A DNA stretch of 64,000 bases from Verrucomicrobiota bacterium (GCA_049510295.1 JBEKZC010000016.1:1316-65315), one strand, 5' to 3'; positions 1 through 8,895 are shown, counted from the stretch's first letter. Translations and numbers: made by a program. The notes: a model not told the origin generated them from the letters alone.

Positions 1-1
1 A

Positions 2-667
2 CTCCAAGGTGGGCGGACGGGTGGGAAGCCCTTTCAGGTCAAACTGGCCGATGATGAAGGACGGTCGGCTGACCCATTCGGGATAACGGGTTCTGACGAT
101 GCGATTCCAGATCAGCGTTTCCCAGCCGCCCATTCCGAAACAGGCGAGCAGGCCGCAGCCGTAAACAGGAATGGAGGGAGTGCGGAGAAAAAAGCCAATG
201 GCAATTTCAGAATCTTTCGGGGTTTTGCTGCGAGGTCCGCGCAGCCGCCGGGAGTATTTGAGGCGCGCATTATTGTGCTGGTAAAAAACAAAATCGAATC
301 CCTCGAAATCGGCACCCACCGCCGATGTGAGTTGCACATGGGAACGGGCGCAAACGGCAAGATATTTCCGAAATTCAGCAAAAACCTGTTCCTCCAAATG
401 GGTGGAGCTTTCATCCACGTGTTTCTTGTCGCCATGCGACAAATCGCTGATTGGCGGCCTTGTGGTCAGAACCAGCAGATCATCCGGTTTGATGAAGGTG
501 AAATGCTCATGGCCTAACTTCTTGTCCTTTTTGGGGTTAAACGGCGAGTTGAAGAGAATGTTCCCGTATTCGTATCCGAGTTTTGCCAGGGGAGCGGAAA
601 GTTCTGAAAAAGCCGCACCATCGCGGATCTTCGACGGCTTCGCGGTCTCGCCGGTGCGCAGCGGCAT
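2..667 (-). CDS. hypothetical protein, truncated by the window edge
   Basis: My own translation of the minus strand gives a stop-free frame from about 712 down to position 2, at least 222 codons from the ATG at 667. It is missing from the ORF track because it runs off the window. The opposite-strand track ORFs 275..517 and 327..686 look like shadow ORFs. I recognise no family. Confidence 0.45.
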   Translation of the reverse strand, partial: MPLRTGETAKPSKIRDGAAFSELSAPLAKLGYEYGNILFNSPFNPKKDKKLGHEHFTFIKPDDLLVLTTRPPISDLSHGDKKHVDESSTHLEEQVFAEFRKYLAVCARSHVQLTSAVGADFEGFDFVFYQHNNARLKYSRRLRGPRSKTPKDSEIAIGFFLRTPSIPVYGCGLLACFGMGGWETLIWNRIVRTRYPEWVSRPSFIIGQFDLKGLPTRPPTLE

Positions 668-1099
668 CGAATACGCGAAGCGATGATACAGTTTAGGCGT
701 TTTCAATTCTGTTACGGAAAAGTTACACCACGCGAAGCAAAATTAAAAGGAGCAGAATTCACAATCGGTCGAATGTTCAATTTCGATTCAAATTGAACTT
801 TTTGGGGATATTCAGATTCAAAACGAAGCGACCACTTCTGCTTTTTTGCCCTACCATTCGGGCACAATCCATGAACAGGCATCTCATACACCTCTGGGCG
901 GCGATTTCAGGCCGTCTCAAAACATGCTTCTCGGCGCTCGCTGTGGATTGGCGGACGACCGAAGACAATTGGTCTGGGAAGTCTCCACGAAACTGGAGCA
1001 TACCACACCAACTTTGTAATCACCAGGATTTCAATTTGGACTCGTGTATGAGCTACACCTCAACCGCAGCAATAAATCGTATCAAGGACACACAAAATT

Positions 1100-1324
1100 A
1101 TGCGACACGATTCAAATCTCATCGGAAGGAAGGTAGCCAAATTGCGATACATGAAGGGCTGGTCGCAGGACACGCTCGTGGCAAAACTTCAGGTTCTCCA
1201 GTGCAACATCACACGGGATGTTCTCGCGAACATCGAAACCCAACGCTCCGTGGCCACATCAGTTCATTGTTTCTTTCTGGCCAAAGTTCTCGGTGTCAGC
1301 ATCGACGAACTTTTCCGGCCATGA
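1100..1324 (+). CDS. XRE-family helix-turn-helix transcriptional regulator
   Basis: 74 aa. 'IGRKVAKLRYMKGWSQDTLVAKL...LAKVLGVSIDELF' matches the Cro/C1-type HTH_3 pattern. Confidence 0.8.
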   Translation: MRHDSNLIGRKVAKLRYMKGWSQDTLVAKLQVLQCNITRDVLANIETQRSVATSVHCFFLAKVLGVSIDELFRP

Positions 1325-1427
1325 ATCGGGAGGCGAAAATAACTTCGCAAAAACATCATGGCCTCCCGGCGCAACCATGTAGAATTAGACCAGCAGTTGG
1401 ACCTTTTCTCAACGCGAAGACCGACCC

Positions 1428-1679
1428 ATGACAGCACTGACGCAATACGGCCGGATGGCCGAGAAACACTGGCGCGAACACCGTCCGAAAATGGTGCGCG
1501 ACCTGAATCGGAAGGGGCTTCTGCACCAGATGCTTCTGGAGGCGGAGGAAAAGACGAAGGACGAAATGGCCACGCTGCGAATGGAATTGATGAAGCAGGG
1601 AAAAACGGCGCAACAAGCGCAGACGCAGGCGTGGGAAATGGTGCGGGAGAAATACATCCTCCTGCCGCCCGAAGAATAA
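1428..1679 (+). CDS. TnpV-like small protein typical of conjugative or integrative elements
   Basis: 83 aa. 'YGRMAEKHWREHRPKMVRDLNRKGLLHQMLLEAEE...' resembles the TnpV family pattern (YG..R..YL.EHRP......L...G.L..HL.EIE). It sits directly upstream of the methylase-helicase, as in many ICEs. Confidence 0.55.
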   Translation: MTALTQYGRMAEKHWREHRPKMVRDLNRKGLLHQMLLEAEEKTKDEMATLRMELMKQGKTAQQAQTQAWEMVREKYILLPPEE

Positions 1680-4600
1680 TTCACCGTCACCACGAAGAAC
1701 CGCCCAGAAATCTCAACGCTTACCGCATCACCGAGGCTGACCGCCTGGGCGACGGCGGGCCAAAATTAAAGTTCCAAAAAAACATCGCGGCAATCGAAAC
1801 GCTGCGGCAGCTCGATGCCGAGGAACGACCGGCGACGCCGGAGGAAAAAGGCACGCTGGTAAAATACGTCGGCTGGGGCGCGATGCCCCAGGTGTTCGAC
1901 GTGGACAACACCGACTGGCGCAAAGAACAATTCCGGCTTTCGGAAATACTTTCGGACGAAGAACACCGCTCCGCCCGCGCCACCACCCTCAACGCCCATT
2001 ACACCGCTCCGACCGTCATCGGCGCGATGTATCACGCCGCTGAACGCTTCGGTTTCAAAGGCGGGCGCGTGCTTGAACCCGCCTGCGGTATCGGCCACTT
2101 CGTCGGCCTCATGCCTGAAGACATGCTCCGCCGTTCGACTGTCACCGGCATCGAAATTGATCCGTTGACCGCCCGCATCGCCAAAGCGCTCTATCCCGAC
2201 GCGGACATCCGCGCGCAGGCGTTTGAGCAAACCAAAATCGCCGATGGATTTTACGACCTCGCCATTTCCAACGTCCCGTTTGGCGATTACACCGTCCACG
2301 ATCCGCGCTGGAACAGCTACAAGTTTTCCATCCACGATTATTTCTTTGCGGCGGCTCTGGAAAAAGTCCGCCCCGGCGGCCTGATGATGTTCGTTACGTC
2401 ACGGGGCACGATGGACAAACTCGACTCGACGTTGCGTGAATTGCTTTCCGCACGCACGGAATTGTTGGGTGCAATCCGCCTGCCGAATGACGCCTTCAAA
2501 AAGAACGCCGGCACGGAAGTCACAACCGACATCGTGATGTTCCGCAAGCTGCGCCCAGGTGAATCGCCCGCTGGCCCGGCGTGGAAGGAAACCGCCGAAC
2601 ACACCAACGATGGCGGCGAGGCATTCACCATCAACGAATACTTCGCCGCACGCCCGGAAATGATGCTCGGTCAAATGCGCCTCACCGGGGGAATGTATGG
2701 CGGCAACGAACCGACGCTGGAACCGGACGGTCGCAATTTGGCGGAGGCACTGACTCAAGCAGTTGAACAACTTCCGCAGGGCGTTTACGAGGCGCAGTCA
2801 CACAAGATCGCCGAGCCGACGCTCGAAGAATCCATTCCCGCGCCGGATTTCGTAAAACCAAATGCCTACTGCCTTCACGATGGCATGGTGTGCATCCGCG
2901 AGGAAAATGTTTTGCGCCCGCTCACCGACATGCCAAGCGATATGCGCTCGCGCATCCGGCATTTGATTCCGGTGCGGGATGCGGTGCGGGATTGTCTGCG
3001 TTCGCAGATGGACGGCAGCACCGAGGAACGTGTCCTCGAAACGCGGCAACAACTCAATTTGGCTTACGACCGTTTTGTCGGGCGCTTTGGTCCGGTGAAT
3101 GTTCGCGCCAACCAGCGCGCCTTCGACGGCGACCCCGATTTGCCGTTGCTGCTTTCGCTGGAGAACTACAACGACGAGACGAAGCGCGCGACCAAGGCCA
3201 CGATTTTTACCGAACGCACGATTCATCACCGCCAGCCGGTCGAGTCCGTCGCCACGCCGAAGGAGGCGTTGCTCGTCACCTTGAACGAGCATGGTTGCGT
3301 TGACCTCGACCACATGGCCGACTTGCTCAACAAACCGGTGCAAGAATTTTTGCCGGACTTGAAAGGCATCATTTTTCTGAACCCGCAAGCAAACCAATGG
3401 GAAACCGACGACCAGTATCTCTCCGGCAACGTGCGGGAGAAACTTTCAGTTGCGGATGCAGCGTCAGTGACCGACCCGCGCTTTGCCGAGAACGTCGAGG
3501 CATTGAAATCCGTCCAACCGGCAGACCTCGCGGCCACGGAAATTGACGTGCGGCTCGGCGCGGCGTGGCTGCCACCGGAAGACGTGCAGCAGTTCACGAA
3601 TACGCTGTTAAACATTCCGTCCGGTGTGGAAATCGGGCACATCCACGCCCTCGGCGCGTGGCATATCAACGCGAATTGGGAGGCGAAAGGCGCGACCGCT
3701 AACACGACGGATTGGGGCACTGACCGTTACACGGCGCTGGAATTGATTGAAGACGCGCTGAATCTCAAAACCCCCACGGTTTATGACACGGTGGATAAGA
3801 AACCCGTCGTCAATGCGCAGTCCACCGAGGCCGCGCGCGAAAAGCAGGAACGCATCAAGGAGCGTTTCAAAGAGTGGGTCTGGTCGGATGATTCACGGCG
3901 GGAACGGCTTTGCCGCCTCTACAACGACACGTTCAATCACACGCGCGTCCGCACGTTCAACGGCGACCATTTGACGTTACCCGGCGCAAGCGGGGCGATT
4001 CAACTTCACGCACACCAAAAGGCCGGTGTCTGGCGCATTTTGCAGACACCGAACACGCTGCTGGCCCACGTCGTTGGCGCGGGCAAAACCTACACGATGG
4101 TCGCCGCCGCGATGGAATCGCGACGGCTGGGCATTTCCGGCAAGCCGATGTTTGTCGTCCCCAATCACATGCTCGGCCAGTTCTCCACCGAGTTGCTGAC
4201 GTTGTATCCGGGCGCGAACATCCTGGCCGCCGGCAAGGAGGATTTCGAGTCGCAGAACCGCAAGAAACTTTTCAGCCGCATCGCCACCGGCAATTGGGAT
4301 GCGGTCATCGTCACGCACTCCGGTTTTGAGCGCATCCCGCTTTCCCGCGAAACCCAGGAACGATTTTTCAAGGAGCAGCTTCACGAGTTGGAAATGATCA
4401 AACGCCAGCACGCGGACAGTTCCAATCGCCGCCTGGTGAAAGAACTTGAAAAGGCGAAGAAGCGGCTCGAAGCCAAACTTCAAACGCTGGCTGCCGAACA
4501 CAAAAAGGACAACACGTTGACCTTTGAAGAACTTGGCGTGGACCGGTTGCTCGTGGACGAGGCTCACTATTTCAAGAATCTGTTTTACGTCACCAAGATG

Positions 4601-6505
4601 ACGCGGGTTGCGGGTCTGCCACAGACGGCCAGCGAGCGGGCGTTCGATATGTTTTTGAAAGTGCGCCACATCCAATCGTTGAACGGCGGGGGAGGCGTGG
4701 TGTTCGCCACCGGGACGCCCATCGCCAACAGCATGGCCGAGATGTTCACCATGCAGCGGTATCTCCAGCATGACGAGCTGAAGAAACACAACCTGCATCA
4801 CTTTGACTCGTGGGCCGCGACGTTTGGTGAACCCGTGACCGCAATGGAACTTTCGCCGGACGGCGCGGGCTACCGGCTGAACACCCGCTTCGCACGGTTC
4901 ATCAACGTGCCGGAATTGATGCAGATGTTCCGCCAGTCCGCCGACGTGCAGACCGCCGCGATGCTCAATTTGCCGCGCCCGAAACTCGACGGCGAGAAGC
5001 CGACCATCCGCAATGCGCCAGCCACCGAGGAACTAAAGGCATTCGTGCAATCCCTCGCCGCCCGCGCCGAGAGATTAAAAACCGGCCGGGTTGACCCCAG
5101 CGAAGACAACATGCTCAAAATCACATCCGAAGGACGCAAGGCGGCTTTGGATCTTCGGCTGATGAAACCAGCCGCGCCGGACGAACCGCAGGGCAAAGTG
5201 AATCTTGCGGTCGAAAAGATTTTTAACATCTGGCAGGAATCCAAGCCGGAGCGTTCCGCCCAGCTTGTGTTCTGCGACCTCTCCACGCCGAAAGACCGGG
5301 GTTTCTCCGTCTATAATGACATGGCGCAGAAGTTGGAAAAGCTCGGCATCCCAAGCTCTGAAATCGCCTTTATTCAGGATTACGATTCGGACATTTCCAA
5401 GTTGACGTTGTTTCGTGATGTGCGAGCGGGCAAAGTCCGCGTGCTGTTCGGCAGCACGCAGAAGATGGGGTCGGGGACGAACGTGCAGGAACGGTTGATT
5501 GCCTTGCATCACTTGGACGCGCCGTGGCGACCGGCAGACGTGGAGCAGCGCGAAGGGCGCATTCTCCGGCAGGGCAATAAAAACTCTGTCGTGCAGATAT
5601 TCCGCTACGTCACGGAGGGTAGCTTTGACGCCTATATGTGGCAGACGTTGGAGACGAAGGCCAAATTCATTGCCCAAGTGATGAGCGGTGACATGACCAT
5701 TCGCCGGCTTGAGGATTTGGACTCTGCCGCGTTGACTTACGCCGAGGTGAAAGCCATCGCGTCGGGCAATCCGCTGGTGATTGAAAAGGCCCAGGTGGAC
5801 GCGGAGTTGATCCGGCTCACCCGGCTGCGTTCCGCCCATGCCGAGGAACAATACCGCATCCGCTCCAATCTCCGCCGTTCGCACGAGGATGCAGAAATCT
5901 TCACCACCCGCCTTGCCAACCTGCGGCAGGACTTGGTTGTTCGTCTGGACACGTCGGGCGACAAATTCCGCATCGAACTCGACGGACAGGAATCCAACAA
6001 CCGGGGCATAGCGGGCGAATTGATAATGCGCCGGGCGGAAAAACTGAAGGCGCGGTTTGGCGATGACATCCGCATCGGGCGCTTCGCCGGTTTTGATTTG
6101 TTTCTGCGTCCGGGTTTCAACAACACCACCGAAATGGTCTTGCGCGGCAAAAACAGTTACGGCGCGAGGGTCACAGACACGGCGCTCGGCACCATTCGTT
6201 CGCTGGAAGCGACGGTTCAGGGATTTGAAGAACGCGCAGAAAGATTGGAGTTGGACATCACCGATGCCAACAAGCGCGTCAAGGAGCTTGGCGAAAAAGT
6301 CGGCGCGAAGTTTGAGCGTGAGGACCGCTTTCAGGAACTGACCCGGCGCCAGAGTGAGATTGAGGAAAAACTTGATCTCACCAAGAACCAAGCGCCGAGC
6401 CAGGTCGAAGCCGTTGCAGCCGGCGATGACGAACAAACGAATGCCGAGAATCAAACCCAAAAACATTCTGCCCGGCGCGCGCGCGGGGCGGCCATTCATG
6501 TATGA
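1631..6505 (+). CDS. fused N6-adenine DNA methyltransferase / SNF2-family helicase (DarB-like, mobile-element type)
   Basis: MTase motif I is 'VLEPACGIGHF' and motif IV is 'SNVPFGDY'. Helicase motif I is 'HVVGAGKTYT', motif II is 'DEAHYFKN', and the C-terminal part has 'HHLDAPWRPADVEQREGRILRQGN'. The track ORF starts at the ATG at 1358, but 1358-1679 overlaps the TnpV-like gene and translates as low-complexity G/A-rich sequence. An in-frame GTG at 1631 is a candidate start, and there is no in-frame ATG between 1358 and the conserved 'YRITEADRLGDGG' region. The exact start is uncertain. Confidence 0.85.
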   Translation: MGNGAGEIHPPAARRIIHRHHEEPPRNLNAYRITEADRLGDGGPKLKFQKNIAAIETLRQLDAEERPATPEEKGTLVKYVGWGAMPQVFDVDNTDWRKEQFRLSEILSDEEHRSARATTLNAHYTAPTVIGAMYHAAERFGFKGGRVLEPACGIGHFVGLMPEDMLRRSTVTGIEIDPLTARIAKALYPDADIRAQAFEQTKIADGFYDLAISNVPFGDYTVHDPRWNSYKFSIHDYFFAAALEKVRPGGLMMFVTSRGTMDKLDSTLRELLSARTELLGAIRLPNDAFKKNAGTEVTTDIVMFRKLRPGESPAGPAWKETAEHTNDGGEAFTINEYFAARPEMMLGQMRLTGGMYGGNEPTLEPDGRNLAEALTQAVEQLPQGVYEAQSHKIAEPTLEESIPAPDFVKPNAYCLHDGMVCIREENVLRPLTDMPSDMRSRIRHLIPVRDAVRDCLRSQMDGSTEERVLETRQQLNLAYDRFVGRFGPVNVRANQRAFDGDPDLPLLLSLENYNDETKRATKATIFTERTIHHRQPVESVATPKEALLVTLNEHGCVDLDHMADLLNKPVQEFLPDLKGIIFLNPQANQWETDDQYLSGNVREKLSVADAASVTDPRFAENVEALKSVQPADLAATEIDVRLGAAWLPPEDVQQFTNTLLNIPSGVEIGHIHALGAWHINANWEAKGATANTTDWGTDRYTALELIEDALNLKTPTVYDTVDKKPVVNAQSTEAAREKQERIKERFKEWVWSDDSRRERLCRLYNDTFNHTRVRTFNGDHLTLPGASGAIQLHAHQKAGVWRILQTPNTLLAHVVGAGKTYTMVAAAMESRRLGISGKPMFVVPNHMLGQFSTELLTLYPGANILAAGKEDFESQNRKKLFSRIATGNWDAVIVTHSGFERIPLSRETQERFFKEQLHELEMIKRQHADSSNRRLVKELEKAKKRLEAKLQTLAAEHKKDNTLTFEELGVDRLLVDEAHYFKNLFYVTKMTRVAGLPQTASERAFDMFLKVRHIQSLNGGGGVVFATGTPIANSMAEMFTMQRYLQHDELKKHNLHHFDSWAATFGEPVTAMELSPDGAGYRLNTRFARFINVPELMQMFRQSADVQTAAMLNLPRPKLDGEKPTIRNAPATEELKAFVQSLAARAERLKTGRVDPSEDNMLKITSEGRKAALDLRLMKPAAPDEPQGKVNLAVEKIFNIWQESKPERSAQLVFCDLSTPKDRGFSVYNDMAQKLEKLGIPSSEIAFIQDYDSDISKLTLFRDVRAGKVRVLFGSTQKMGSGTNVQERLIALHHLDAPWRPADVEQREGRILRQGNKNSVVQIFRYVTEGSFDAYMWQTLETKAKFIAQVMSGDMTIRRLEDLDSAALTYAEVKAIASGNPLVIEKAQVDAELIRLTRLRSAHAEEQYRIRSNLRRSHEDAEIFTTRLANLRQDLVVRLDTSGDKFRIELDGQESNNRGIAGELIMRRAEKLKARFGDDIRIGRFAGFDLFLRPGFNNTTEMVLRGKNSYGARVTDTALGTIRSLEATVQGFEERAERLELDITDANKRVKELGEKVGAKFEREDRFQELTRRQSEIEEKLDLTKNQAPSQVEAVAAGDDEQTNAENQTQKHSARRARGAAIHV

Positions 6506-6801
6506 ACATCACCGCCCAGCAAACCGAATTTCTCAGTTGGAAGGTCGTTCCCGCCCGGCTCGACGCAACCCAGGCGGCGTGGTTTCTCGGCTTTGAACCG
6601 CACGAGATTCCCAGGCTCGTCACGGCAGGCTTGTTGAAACCGCTCGGCCATCCCGCCCGCAACAGCACGAAGTTCTTTGCCACGGAAACACTGGAACAAT
6701 TCCGGCGCGACGAGAAATGGCTCGCCCGCGCCAGCGATGCCATCGCCAGCTACTGGCGGGAACGCAACGCCCGCAAGCAAAAGGCTCGCGGGCGGGCTTG
6801 A
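6502..6801 (+). CDS. Xis/AlpA-like helix-turn-helix protein (paralog 1 of 3)
   Basis: 99 aa. Its start overlaps the methylase-helicase stop by ATGA. It shares '..EAAWFLG....IP.LV.AGLLKPLGHP......FF....L......WL.......H/YW+.+NARK' with 55577..55876 and 57645..57989. Confidence 0.6.
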   Translation: MNITAQQTEFLSWKVVPARLDATQAAWFLGFEPHEIPRLVTAGLLKPLGHPARNSTKFFATETLEQFRRDEKWLARASDAIASYWRERNARKQKARGRA

Positions 6802-6832
6802 AGCAAACGATTCAACGCATCGCACGGACGCA

Positions 6833-7060
6833 TCATAAAAGCGTCTTGCCCTTGCTGGGATGAATCCTGACTTCCTCACGGATGGCAACGCGGACTTTCG
6901 CCTCGATGCGTTCAACGAAGCTCATGCCAACCCGGCTGAACTTATTGGCGGGCCGGATCGCGGAGGCAATTTCAAGCGCGGTTTGCTTTACCTTGCTCCG
7001 GCAAAGATGCGGAGTCGTGTTGATGCTTTTGAGTGTGTCTGTCATTTCAGTTGTTTCCAT
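6833..7060 (-). CDS. small protein, possibly DUF1931/histone-fold-like
   Basis: 'SKVKQTALEIASAIRPANKFSRVGMSFVERIEAKVRVAIREEVRIHPSKGKTL' resembles the DUF1931 pattern (SKVK..A......RVS..F...L...V...I......NGRKT). I chose the internal ATG at 7060; the track start is 7165. Confidence 0.35.
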   Translation of the reverse strand: METTEMTDTLKSINTTPHLCRSKVKQTALEIASAIRPANKFSRVGMSFVERIEAKVRVAIREEVRIHPSKGKTLL

Positions 7061-7279
7061 ATTTTGCTTTTCTGGTTGCGTCGCTGATTCATTCAACGAC
7101 GCCACTATTTTATCAGGCGCGCTTTTGTTGAACTGCGAATTGAGTGGCCGAACCCTTGCAAACATTAAGCAAAACCGCCGTTGCCCCAGACACTTGACAC
7201 AAAAGCACGCTGATTTTACGCGGGGCGACTCGGCTAATTTTCATCTTCGACACCGTTTTCATTCAATGTTTGCAGGGTG

Positions 7280-7300
7280 AAAAATAATTTAATTATTTTT
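7280..7300. repeat. perfect A/T-only palindrome 'aaaaataatt-t-aattattttt'
   Basis: A 10-bp inverted repeat with a 1-nt spacer, lying between the integrase stop (7346) and the small gene at 6833..7060. Confidence 0.6.
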
Positions 7301-7345
7301 ATCACTGGCGCAGACGGCTATGGCGATTCCTGGAAAGCCGGACAC

Positions 7346-8422
7346 TTAACCAGCCGCTGAAATCGAGTGATCATTGCCTTCGTGCTTTGGCAGGGGCGGG
7401 AGCAACGGAATGATGCGACCTGCCACGTTTTGCTTTTCGTAGCTTTCCAATGAAGGCAGTCTCACTTGCGCTTTGCGGGCGTAGGCACGGTGAATGGCCT
7501 TGCTGTTGTGTCCGAGAGCTTCTTGTGCAAACCGCTCCGGGTAGCCGCACGTTTTCGCCCGCTCCGCCCAAGCGTAGCGATAGGAGTGCAACGAAACCCC
7601 GTTGATTCCCAGCCCCAGACAACGTTGGTGAAATTCCGTGGCGCGGTCGCCACAGCGAACGGATTGCAGGTAGGGAAACAACGGGCCGGTTGCCGGCATT
7701 TGTCGCAAGAGGGCTTCAATGTCCGGGCCAAAATGAATCATGGCCAGACTGCCGGTTTTCTGCCGGGCGTAAGCAATGGTTTGGTTGGGCCAGTCAATGT
7801 CCTCCGCCTTGAGGTTGGCGATGTCGGTTTGAGAACCGCCGAGATGCCAGCACAGTTCGTAGAAGCTGCGTCGCTCCGGGTTCTTTTCCCGACCAATGAT
7901 GAGTTGATGTTCTTTAATGGTAATGGCACGTCTTTCCTTGAAGCGCACTTCCGGCCAGAGACGCTTGGGAATAATCGGCCACGGCAGCCAGTTCATTGAA
8001 AGGCAGAAGTTGTGGAGTTTCCGCAGATGGACATTCGTGCTGACCGTGCCCGCCTTGAGGCAGGCAAGCAGATGCTCGCCTTGCGTTTCAAGTATGACGC
8101 GATGGCGAATAAGGTCCAACGCGGCTTGTTTGGCTGCCTGCCGCCAGCGATCCTGGGTTGAACCGCTTTTGGTCTCGATGATGGTATCAAGAGCTTGTTG
8201 CCATGTCCGGGTCGCGACGCCTGAATCCGTTCCGGCCAGGTATGCCTTCGCGATCTGGAGATTCAGATGCGGCTGGCGGATGGATTCATTCCGGGCGTTG
8301 AGCAGCGACGTGGCCTCGGCGCGATTTCTCGTGCCGGTGCTTTCCTGCTTCCGGGTTTCGGTGTCTTCGATGTAGAACATGCCGCCGCGTTTGCGGCGGT
8401 AGAGGATGTAACGACGTTTCAT
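7346..8422 (-). CDS. tyrosine recombinase / phage-type integrase (paralog of 56273..57334)
   Basis: 358 aa. The C-terminal catalytic region is 'HSYRYAWAERAKTCGYPERFAQEALGHNSKAIHRAYARKA'. It aligns along its whole length with the second integrase in the window. Confidence 0.9.
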   Translation of the reverse strand: MKRRYILYRRKRGGMFYIEDTETRKQESTGTRNRAEATSLLNARNESIRQPHLNLQIAKAYLAGTDSGVATRTWQQALDTIIETKSGSTQDRWRQAAKQAALDLIRHRVILETQGEHLLACLKAGTVSTNVHLRKLHNFCLSMNWLPWPIIPKRLWPEVRFKERRAITIKEHQLIIGREKNPERRSFYELCWHLGGSQTDIANLKAEDIDWPNQTIAYARQKTGSLAMIHFGPDIEALLRQMPATGPLFPYLQSVRCGDRATEFHQRCLGLGINGVSLHSYRYAWAERAKTCGYPERFAQEALGHNSKAIHRAYARKAQVRLPSLESYEKQNVAGRIIPLLPPLPKHEGNDHSISAAG

Positions 8423-8567
8423 AGTTTCAGACGTTTTGTCCGAAGCTATGAGGTTGAACGCGGCTTTGGGCGTATCAGCTACACCAAACGGGCTGCGAAT
8501 CCCGTCGTCGCGAGTGATTGCCGAGTTTTACCGGAGTAGTTGTTGAGTATTAGCCCGGTAATGATTT

Positions 8568-8604
8568 CACTGGCACTTTCACTGGCACTGACCTCCTCTG
8601 GCAT
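8568..8604 (+). repeat. CTGGCAC direct repeats (3 copies; putative recombinase arm-type sites)
   Basis: CTGGCAC at 8570 and 8582 (12-bp phasing) and CTGGCAT at 8598. Confidence 0.5.
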
Positions 8605-8629
8605 CTGCAACCCGTTGCAAAAATGCAAC

Positions 8630-8660
8630 TTAGAGTTGGAGGCGAGGGTCGGAATCGACC
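8630..8660 (-). repeat. putative att core resembling a tRNA 3' end (copy 1)
   Basis: 'ttggaggcgagggtcggaatcg' (8636..8657) is identical to 57482..57503. Its reverse complement '...CGATTCCGACCCTCGCCTCCA' reads as the second half of a T-loop, the 3' side of the T stem, a 7-nt acceptor strand, a U discriminator and CCA. No matching 5' acceptor strand (GGCGAGG) lies upstream, so this is not an intact tRNA. Confidence 0.55.
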
Positions 8661-8803
8661 GAGTCTCGTCTTCCACAAGCCACTCGAAATCAACGGTCTA
8701 AATCATCACCGTTGCCCAGAAAATAAAGGCGTTCCTGCATTATGTCAAGGATAACTTCAGCCGACTTTTTTTTACTCCATTTTACTCCCCACCGATGAGG
8801 TTT

Positions 8804-8857
8804 GCTGGCACTCCTGCTGGCACTTTCTCCCCACTGCAAAATTAATCCTGCTGGCAA
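8804..8857 (+). repeat. CTGGCAC direct repeats on the other side of the core
   Basis: GCTGGCAC at 8804 and 8816 (12-bp phasing) and CTGGCAA at 8851. Confidence 0.5.
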
Positions 8858-8895
8858 CGGCCACCTCAATCAAGAGATTTGTGTTTGTTCCACGG
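8840..8895 (-). repeat. 56-nt duplicate of the 3' end of the rhodanese-DUF2892 gene plus downstream sequence
   Basis: 'aaattaatcctgctggcaacggccacctcaatcaagagatttgtgtttgttccacgg' matches 16566..16620 with about 5 differences. It would encode 'PWNKHKSLD*', against 'PWNKRKSLD*' at the real gene end. Confidence 0.75.

Larger units (their letters stand above)
1..8660. mobile_element. right-hand part of an integrative element (integrase, Xis-like, methylase-helicase, TnpV-like); left end lies outside the window
   Basis: Gene content, with the integrase adjacent to an att-like core at 8630..8660. Confidence 0.55.

Noticed and set aside
793-1431. 212-aa plus-strand ORF spanning the XRE gene region
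   Set aside because: It overlaps the convincing XRE HTH gene in another frame, and its translation has no recognisable features.
1358-1630. N-terminal extension of about 90 aa on the methylase-helicase ORF (GGGGKDEGRNGHAANG...)
   Set aside because: The translation is low-complexity, it overlaps the better-supported TnpV-like gene in another frame, and it lies upstream of where homologous methylase-helicases begin.
5075-6499. Long antisense ORFs opposite confident genes. Examples: 5075..6499, 1766..2335, 3977..4801, 9525..10511, 11685..12518, 12743..13726, 12849..13736, 13980..14945, 17235..18146, 18691..19947, 21987..23297, 28305..28952, 30561..31250, 33469..34320, 35595..36356, 43519..44448, 47279..47911, 50304..51002, 54353..55150, 56240..57541 and 62650..63288.
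   Set aside because: They are typical GC-rich shadow ORFs. Their translations are Arg/Gly/Ala-rich with no recognisable motifs, and each lies entirely within a gene on the other strand that has clear family signatures.
8636-8715. Possible intact tRNA genes at the two att-like cores (8636.. and 57483..)
   Set aside because: After reverse-complementing by hand I found no 5' acceptor strand (GGCGAGG). The 5' side of the T stem and the T-loop are incomplete, and the D and anticodon arms cannot be paired. I treat them as 3'-end remnants only. tRNAscan-SE or ARAGORN should confirm this.
8568-8823. CTGGCAC-N5-CTGGCAC repeats read as sigma-54 (-24/-12) promoters
   Set aside because: The second element is TGGCAC, not TTGC(A/T), and the spacing places GG, not GC, at the -12 position. 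The same pairs recur three times with 12-bp phasing next to integrases, which fits recombinase arm sites better.
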